Shown here: one piece after another, positions 55,103 to 64,000 of the stretch
Numbering within the stretch: position 1 is the first letter of the stretch
Layout: each line of letters opens with the position of its first letter
DNA from: the human T2T-CHM13v2.0 reference genome, Homo sapiens
Length of the DNA stretch: 64,000 bases
Assembly (NCBI RefSeq): GCF_009914755.1
Contig: NC_060928.1
Strand: one strand, 5' to 3'
The notes under the pieces: model-generated
What the model was told of the DNA's origin: nothing
What the model saw: the letters and a program-made list of their open reading frames with translations, nothing else
Database searches by the model: none
Made by a program: the position numbers and the translations under genes

Positions 55103-55660
55103 TTCATTCATCCATTCAATAAATATTTACTTGATGCACACCGTATTCCACGCACTGTTTTATATGCTGTGATTAGGTAAAGAACAGAAACAAGTAAGGT
55201 CTTTGTTTTTATAGAGCTTATGTTATGGTAGAGTAGAAAAAAACATAATGAAGAAAAAAACGACTAACATAAATTCAGAGGATCAGTGCTATGAAGCTGA
55301 AAACAAAATAAGGGTGGTGTGATAACCTAGAATGGGATAACTAACTGATTAATTTAGAGTGGAGGACGTGGGATGCCATTTGAAGGACATAATATTAGAG
55401 TCAGGCTATTCTTGGAAATATATGGAAAAGAGCCATCTAGACAGAGTGAAGAGTGAGTGCAAAGTTCCTAAAGGGCAGATGCTTGGTACATTCAAGGTGC
55501 AGAGAAGCTAGTGAAGCTAGAGTGAAGTCAGGAAGGAGGGGGGTGAAAATAGGTGAAATCAGAGATGGAGTATTTGATCTTATTTGCAACCAGAAACCAC
55601 TGGAGGGTAGTAAAGAAGAGTGTGGGACGATCTGACCTTCAATGTGATCCTTGATGCAAC
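55103..55660 (-). mobile_element. L2a 3' end
   Basis: TTCATTCATCCATTCAATAAATATTTACTTGA...GGAAAAGAGCCATCTAGACAGAGTGAAGAGTGAGTGCAAAG...AAACCACTGGAGGGT. Confidence 0.75.
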
Positions 55661-55662
55661 TG

Positions 55663-56158
55663 CTGTTGACTCTTGATCAATGAGGGACTGGGGCACTGAC
55701 TCCCTGGGGCAAGGTTGAAAATCCACATAACACTTTTGACTCCCGGCTAATTTAACTACCAATAGCCTACTGTTGACCAAAAGCCTTCTTGATAACAAAT
55801 AGTCAACACATACTTTGTATATTGTATGTATTATACACTGTATTCTTGCAATAAAGTAAGTTAGAGAAAAGAAAATGTTAAGAAAATCCTAAGGAAGAGA
55901 AATATATTTACTATTCATTAAGTGGAAGTGGATCATCACAAGGTCTTCAGCCTCTTCATCTTCATGTTGAGTAGGCTGAGGAGGAGGAGGAAGAGGAGGG
56001 ACTGGTCTTGCTGTCTCAGGGGTGGCAGAGGTGGAAGAGATGGAGGAGGTGGAAGGGGAGCAGGAGATGCAGGCACACCCAGTGTAACTTTTATTGAAAA
56101 AAATCCCTGTGTGAGTGTGCCCATGCAGTTCAAACCGTTTTCGTTCAAGGGTCAACCG
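55663..56158 (-). mobile_element. Tigger2-derived non-autonomous DNA transposon (Tigger2a/MER28-like)
   Basis: TIRs CTGTTGACTCTTGATCAA ... TTCAAGGGTCAACCG|TA. Internal CTAATTTAACTACCAATAGCCTACTGTTGACC. Confidence 0.85.
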
Positions 56159-56336
56159 TATTTGTTTTCTATTGGGTCTACTCATTATATACTCTTTGCT
56201 TTATTTCCTCCCTTGGACTCATCAATTAAATATTATTATTTAACTCTCTTCTAAATTACCTTATTAGTTTTACATTATTTACCTTCTGTATTACATTAGG
56301 CTTTCTTGACCTACTAATATCTAATTTTAATTTTAA

Positions 56337-56633
<297 letters not shown>

Positions 56634-56639
56634 TAACCA

Positions 56640-59190
56640 GATCTTTGAAAACACAAACACCTTAGAACACTTTAACTCTGTTTGATCTCACCTGCCTTTC
56701 ATGCTTTTTTGTATTTTAATTCTACATATGTTTTAAATACTAGAAGTCATTATTTTCCTGACTTAATATAGTAAATATTCATTTTGATTTCCTCACTCCT
56801 TTTCCATTACCCTTCAAATTACCCTGAATTTCTCTTCCTTCATCTGGAAGATTCTTTTCCCCTCCTGAAAAATTCTTTACTTGTATTCCTTTGAATCTGA
56901 ATCTATTTATGATGAATTTTCTGATTTTCTTTTTTCCTGGAAATGCCATTAACACACCCTCTTTGATTTTATAAGATTTTTCTTAACTCAATATAGAACT
57001 TACATTCAGTTTTTATTTGTTTGGAACCTTAAGATAGTTTTCATTGTGTTCTGATTTATGTAGTTTCTGCTAAGAAATTAGCGATCAATTTTATTTTTGC
57101 TTCTTGTATAGACAGTTTGCCTCCCCCTGCTCCCCTTGGCAGGTTTTAAGATTTCTTCTGGTCACTGGCTTTTACTTCTATTTGGTGTGCTCTTTTTCTT
57201 CTTCTTGCCATTTGTATTGCTTCTTGAATCAGCAGCTTAAAATCTGATTACTTTTGAACATTTGTTGAATATTAGTTACAAATAATGCTTCTGCTTTAAT
57301 TTCCTTTTTTTTTTTTTTTTTTTGGTAGGTCTCTAATTACACCTATGTTAGACTGTTTTGGGTTTTTTTTGTTGTTTTTTTCAGTTTTTTGTTTTTTTGA
57401 GATGGAGTCTCACTTTGTTTCCCAGGCTGGAGTGCAGCTGCACGATCGTGGCTCACTACAACCTCCGCCTCCCAGGTTCAAGCACTTCTCCTTCCTCAGC
57501 CTTTTTTTGTGGAGACAGGGTTTCACCTTGTTGGCCGGGCTAGTCTCAAACTTCTGACCTCAGATGATCCACCTGCCTTGGCCTCCTAAAATGCTGGGAT
57601 TACAGGCGTGAGCCACCACGCCCGGCTTGTTAGACTGTTTTTAAAGTCCATATCTCTCTTATTCTCTTTTCTGTATTTTTCCATTCCCCTTTCTCTTTTT
57701 GTTTCAATCTAAATATTTTCTACTGGCCTATTTTCTATTCGGAAATCAGAGTCGCAAATCCTCTCTCAAGCTGTGTTGAATCTCTTATTCTATTGTTTTC
57801 TTAATTTCAATTTTTTTTTTCATTTCTAAAACTGTTCTTCATTGTTTCTAGTTTTTTGGAAAAATTCCCAATCTTTTCTTCTAATTTTTGAACATATCAA
57901 TCACAATGATTTTAAAATCTGTTTTTGATAATTCCTGTATCCATCCCGTAGGGGCTGTCTTTTTTTTTTTTTCATTTAATTATTATTTTTTTCCTGTCTC
58001 TTTATGTGTCTGCTAATTCTTAATTAAATGCTAGAAATTGTATGAAGAATTGTATATGCTCTGGCTTATAATTTTTCTTCAGAGAGGGGTTCATTAGCTG
58101 ATGGTGGATAGGTAAAGTAGTAGCCTGTCAGCTAAATCTGATTAAGATGAAGCTCATTTGAGCCTAGGTTTTCATTTTTGTAAGGCCTGCTCTCTATTTC
58201 TGGTTTGCCTTTTTGTGTGTGTGTGAAATACAGCCTTTTTGGAGCCTGAAATGAAACGCTGGGCCATTTCTTTGTATTCTACCTACTTGCTGATTCTTGC
58301 TAATAATTTATTAGAAGTTTTAAAAACTTTTATACATTGATAGTTTTGTTCCCAATGTTTACACTGCATTTTCCTTTCACTGCCTGATTGTACTGGATTT
58401 CACCAGTAAGTATGATGATTGCAATATGTTTTTTGGTGGATGTTCTATATGAGACTAAGAAATCTCCCTTCTATTATTAGTTTTTAATACTTTTGTTGTT
58501 GTTTTTGAAAATGTATGTTGAATCTTATCAACATCCAAAAGCTTTTTCTACATATATTGATATGATCATACAATTTTTCTTCTGTAGTCTGTTAATATGA
58601 TAATTTTCACTGATTAAATTTGAGTGTGAGACCAAATTCAATTACTATAACTCCACTTGTTTATGATTTTTTCTTATTTTTGATATAAAAGAACTTCTTT
58701 TTCCAATTTATTTAGGAATTTTATATTTATGTTCATTATGGCAAAAGTGAGATTGGCCTATACCTTTTTTTTTCCTTTGTAATAATGCCTTTTCAGTTTT
58801 TGAAATCACAGTTATAAGTTGGCAGTGGTCTCTTTCTCTGTACTCTGGGAGAGCCAGAGTAAATTTGGAATTGTTTCATCTTTAAATATTTGGTAGAATT
58901 CACCACTGAAACAACCATCTGGACAAGGAATGTTCTTTATGAGAAGGTTTTTAATTATAAATTAAATAAATTGATGAGTTTGCAATCTCTTTAGTAGTTA
59001 TCTGACTAATCCAATTTTTCTGTTTCTCCTTGTGTCGGTTTTGGTAAATTGTTTACTTCTAGGTATTTGCTTATTTTATATAAATAATCAAATTGACTCA
59101 TAAATTTAATAAAATAATTGAACTTTTTTTATTGTCTGTATGACCCATTTTTATTCTTGAAATTATTTATTCATAATTCACCTTTCTTTG
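56640..59190 (-). mobile_element. Ancient L1M/HAL1-like fragments (ORF1- and ORF2-derived)
   Basis: T-rich degenerate L1 motifs: TTTCTGCTAAGAAATTAGC, GGTTTTAAGATTTCTTCT, TGTTGAATCTTATCAA, TTGGTAGAATTCACCACTGAAAC. Confidence 0.55.
57360..57627 (-). mobile_element. AluS with internal deletion
   Basis: 14-bp TSD TGTTAGACTGTTTT (57346-57359, 57628-57641). Sequence is missing between CCTCAGCC and the mid A-tract. Confidence 0.92.
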
Positions 59191-59314
59191 CTAATAGTGT
59201 GAGATGTTTTACTCTAGTTTCATCTAATTTTGACCCCATCAACAGGTTATTTCTGAGCAAAATAAAAAAAAAGTAACAGCTGTAGTTAATAGTCATTTGA
59301 TAAATTCTAATCTA

Positions 59315-59750
59315 TTGGTATTGATTTCAGTAAGAAACAAATGGCACTCTCAAACTGGGCAATTTTAAGTTAATTTATTAAAACAATTATTTATAAAGTT
59401 ATCTGCAGGACTCAGGGAAATAGCAGAAATAGCACAGGACCCTGGGACTAGTAACTGCAGGGAGGTGTTACCACTTCTGGACCCGGAGGAGCAAAGGGGG
59501 GAATGATAACTAGAACACAATGTGAGTAGCTGTGCAAATGACTGCCTGATAGATGCTGAGATAACCAAACCAGGAATGAAGTCAAGGAAAAATATCTTGA
59601 TCTCGCTTTTCTCTAGATCTCAAGTCTCTTGAGAGCCTCCTACTGATTGAACTAAATCAGGTGCTGAAAGGCAAAGGAGTTGCCAGTCTTTAACCTGGAG
59701 CTCAAAGCAATGTTAAGAGTGAATCTAGAGGGCAAATCAAGCTATCCAAT
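59315..59750 (-). mobile_element. LTR33-like ERVL LTR
   Basis: GAAACAAATGGCACTCTCAAACTGGG...ACCCTGGGACTAGTAAC...TGTTACCAC. Confidence 0.5.
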
Positions 59751-59859
59751 GTGTTTTGGAAAGCCATTTTGTTATATTTCTTAGCAGTTGAGAAACTCAT
59801 AGACTCCTAAGAATAGTAAATCATTTTGCAAGAAAGTTGCCTTCCAAATTTTGCTTTCA

Positions 59860-60190
59860 AAAATTGGAAACAGATACCACCTGATAAATCACTAAAAAAA
59901 CTTATTTTGAGGACAGATTACTATGTGTTTTTGCAATATAATTTAGAGGGAGCTCAAAGAACTGAGTAGTACTATTACAACAAAACTTTCATTTTCATCG
60001 GCTTACTTATGTGAACAATTTTTCTTAAAACTTATTGCTATAATGAGACTAGAATTGATCCTGATCCTTATTTTATCAATAAATAATATTTATCCTTGAC
60101 TGTATTATTTGAGGGAAAAGCTCCATTCATATTGGTAAGAATGCATTTCTGATACATTTTAATTTCTAATTTAAAATAATTTTTCATAAC
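59860..60190 (+). mobile_element. Charlie-type hAT transposase remnant (Charlie7-like)
   Basis: GATAAATCACTAAAAA...TTTTGAGGACAGATTACTATGTG...GCTCAAAGAACTGAGT...TACTTATGTGAACAA. Confidence 0.45.
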
Positions 60191-61964
60191 AATGTTAATA
60201 TTATAGCTATGCTTCTCCCTGGAATATTACCCCAGTGGCCAGGAAACTGCCTGTGCCTGCTCCTGGGAAACCAGAGCATGGACTTGCCTGACCCAGCCCC
60301 CACCTGGCTTTGCCCCTCCACACACCCTGGTAGTGTAGCACCATGGACAGGGTCCTTTGGGCTCTCCATGGCCTCACCCATTGCCCAAGGCACTGGAATA
60401 CCTCCTTTCGGTAACATAAGGCAAGCACAAATTTCACAGCTACCGCCACTGGTGCTGTTTTGCATGTGCCACGTCGTGGCTGGAAGCCAACTGCCTCCAG
60501 TCTTTTACAACATCTGCAGGAACAATCACACAGAGCCCTGGAGAAAGAAAACTTTTGTGTGACCTCGGCCTTCACCATTGCCTGCATCACCCTAGCTAAC
60601 CAGTAGGTCTTGAGTCTGTCCACATGCCCTGTACATTACTACTACTGCTGACATTTGAAAAAGCCAACACACTAAGGCTATTTATAACTAAGGAAATCTC
60701 AGAGTCTACGTCACTGCCCTCCTACCTCCATCAGAGCTGGTGCTGGTGCCCGCTGCTGTGAGACTAGAGGACATGTCACATCACTGAATCTCTTGCAGAC
60801 ACTTCCTAGTACCAGCCTGAAGTGTGGCAGCCCCACTGGGTGGCTAGACCCAGTAGAACAGCAGCATTCACAGTAGTCTCGTTCTCAGAGACTCCTACTC
60901 TTAGAGGGAGGGGGAGTGCACCACATTAAGGAACACCCCATGGGACAAAAGAAACAAGACCACAGGCCTTGAGTCCCTGAACTTTCCACTTGTGGGAAGT
61001 TTCTTTCAGCAGAGGCACAGGTACAGTTCTGGGCTTAGTGAGGAAAGTCTGTGGCTCTTAACCCAACAGTCAGGCAGCCCTTGTACTCATGAAGGGTCGT
61101 GGAGAAGGGGACCTCTTCTCCCTCTCATCTACCATTATAGACACAGCTGGGGCAACTCCTACGGGAGCATGGCATGGGTAGATCTGTAGACACCCTTTCT
61201 GGAACATTTCAGGACCATTCCTGAACATTTCTGGAGGATTCTTAAAGGAATATTCTCAAAGGAAGAGTGCCATCGAGGCTTGTTTGAAATGTAGAGTCAC
61301 AACCCCTCTCTACATGGAGCATGAGCCTTCCTGCAGATGAAAAGAGGTGCCTGTCTGATGTGAACAGCTGGAACACTGAGTTAGGGGTGTGATGGGAAGG
61401 TGGATCACTTTTCTGCTGGCCTGGAAGCAGAGCTGTGGCAGCTCCCTATCTACCCTTGAAAAGACCTCAGTGCATCTCACTGATAACTTCCCCAGCCACT
61501 GCTGTAAAGGCTGGGATCTCTGCCGATACTGGGGTTTGTATTTATCCGCCTGCTTTAGCCATAGCTGGTTTTGACCTGTGGGCACCTCAAACTGGCCAGA
61601 AGCCTGAATTGTTCAATCCAGTGAATAAAAAATACTAGGGAAAAAAAAATTTCAGTGCACATCTCTGGGGAATGAGATAAGCTTCATAAGACCCCTGTCA
61701 TTCCAGCCCAACAGGGGACAACGAACCTGCTCACACACCCAGTACGTCATTATTGCAGCCAGCATCGAAGAAAGCCATCACGCAAAGATTCTCCATAACC
61801 AAGGAACTCATACAGAGTCTTCACCACTGAAAGCACTTAGAGCTGAAGCTAGGTGACAATAAACTATAAACATTAAAGTCACATCCTCAAGGGGAAACAA
61901 GAGATATAAAAAACCAGTCTAATAAAAAAATAAATTCAAGAATAATAATAAATAGTTTACCCAA

Positions 61965-63376
<1,412 letters not shown>

Positions 63377-63420
63377 TTCACGGGGCTTATAAAACAATAA
63401 CACAATTACAAAATCAACAC

Positions 63421-64000
63421 ATGGCTGGAAGAATATTTCACATCTCAATATTAATGTCAAATGCAAATGCCCTAAATGATACATTTAAAAGGTAGATTGG
63501 CAGAATCGACTTAAAAAAATCAAAGACCAAATATCTGCTATCTTCAGGAGACACAGCTAACATATAAGGATTCTTATAGACTCAAGATAAAGATGTGGAT
63601 AAAAGTATTTCATGCAAATGGAGACCAAAAGTGAGTGGGAGCAGCTATTATTATATCAGATAAAACAGACTTTAATGCAACAACAGTAAAAAAAGAGAAA
63701 GAAGGGCATTATAAATTGATGAAAGGATCAATTCAACAAGAAGATATAACAATCCTAAATATATGTGTATCTAATGCTAGAGCGCCCAGATTCATAAAGC
63801 AATTACTAGACCTAAGAAAGGATATACAGCAACACAATAGTGGGGGACTTTAACACTCAACTGACAGCACTAGACAGATCATCAAGGCTGAAAGTCAAAA
63901 AAGAAACACTGGACTTAAACTATACTCTAGAACAAATGGACCTAGCAGACATTTACAGAACACTCTACCTAAGAACTACGGAATATACATTCTTCTCATT
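63421..64000 (+). pseudogene. ORF2: L1 ORF2 endonuclease region, degenerate
   Basis: ATGGCTGGAAGAATATTTCACATCTCAATA. ORF 63635-63853 matches the L1 EN domain. GGGGACTTTAACACT encodes GDFNT. Confidence 0.85.

Noticed and set aside
55889-56254. Overlapping Pro-rich and Gly/Arg-rich ORFs
   Set aside because: They come from the GA-rich interior of the Tigger2-derived element.
60184-61638. Cluster of 61-138-aa ORFs in a GC-richer stretch suggesting a gene or promoter
   Set aside because: This is the 5'UTR of the L1PB-like element. It is CpG-depleted and has no recognisable protein domain.

Overview
AT-rich primate (almost certainly human or great-ape) non-coding genomic DNA, intronic or intergenic, dominated by transposable elements. 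I recognised no host protein-coding exon, tRNA, rRNA or CRISPR array. The left end holds the 5' ~3.8 kb of a minus-strand L1PA (L1PA4-6-like). It has a complete 5'UTR, an ORF1 broken by two nonsense codons, a disrupted ORF2 and an open antisense ORF0. The right end holds an older plus-strand L1PB-like element. Between them are about 24 Alu/FLAM pieces, a two-LTR THE1C MaLR, solo LTRs (MSTA with nested MER61, LTR47, MER31-like, MLT1, LTR33), DNA-transposon relics (Hsmar1/MADE1, MER63, MER5, Tigger2, Charlie), L2/MIR/L3 and microsatellites. The most unusual structures are fossil local rearrangements. (1) A 354-bp multi-segment templated insertion at 25377-25730 was copied, partly inverted and partly direct, from about 0.9 kb downstream. 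(2) An ORF2 segment was copied into ORF1 of the right-hand L1. (3) A nested AT-rich palindrome lies at 41185-41469. (4) Two Alu heads have target-site duplications but no tail. I found no convincing new biological system. All repeat-family names come from by-eye recognition of consensus sequences and need RepeatMasker/Dfam confirmation.
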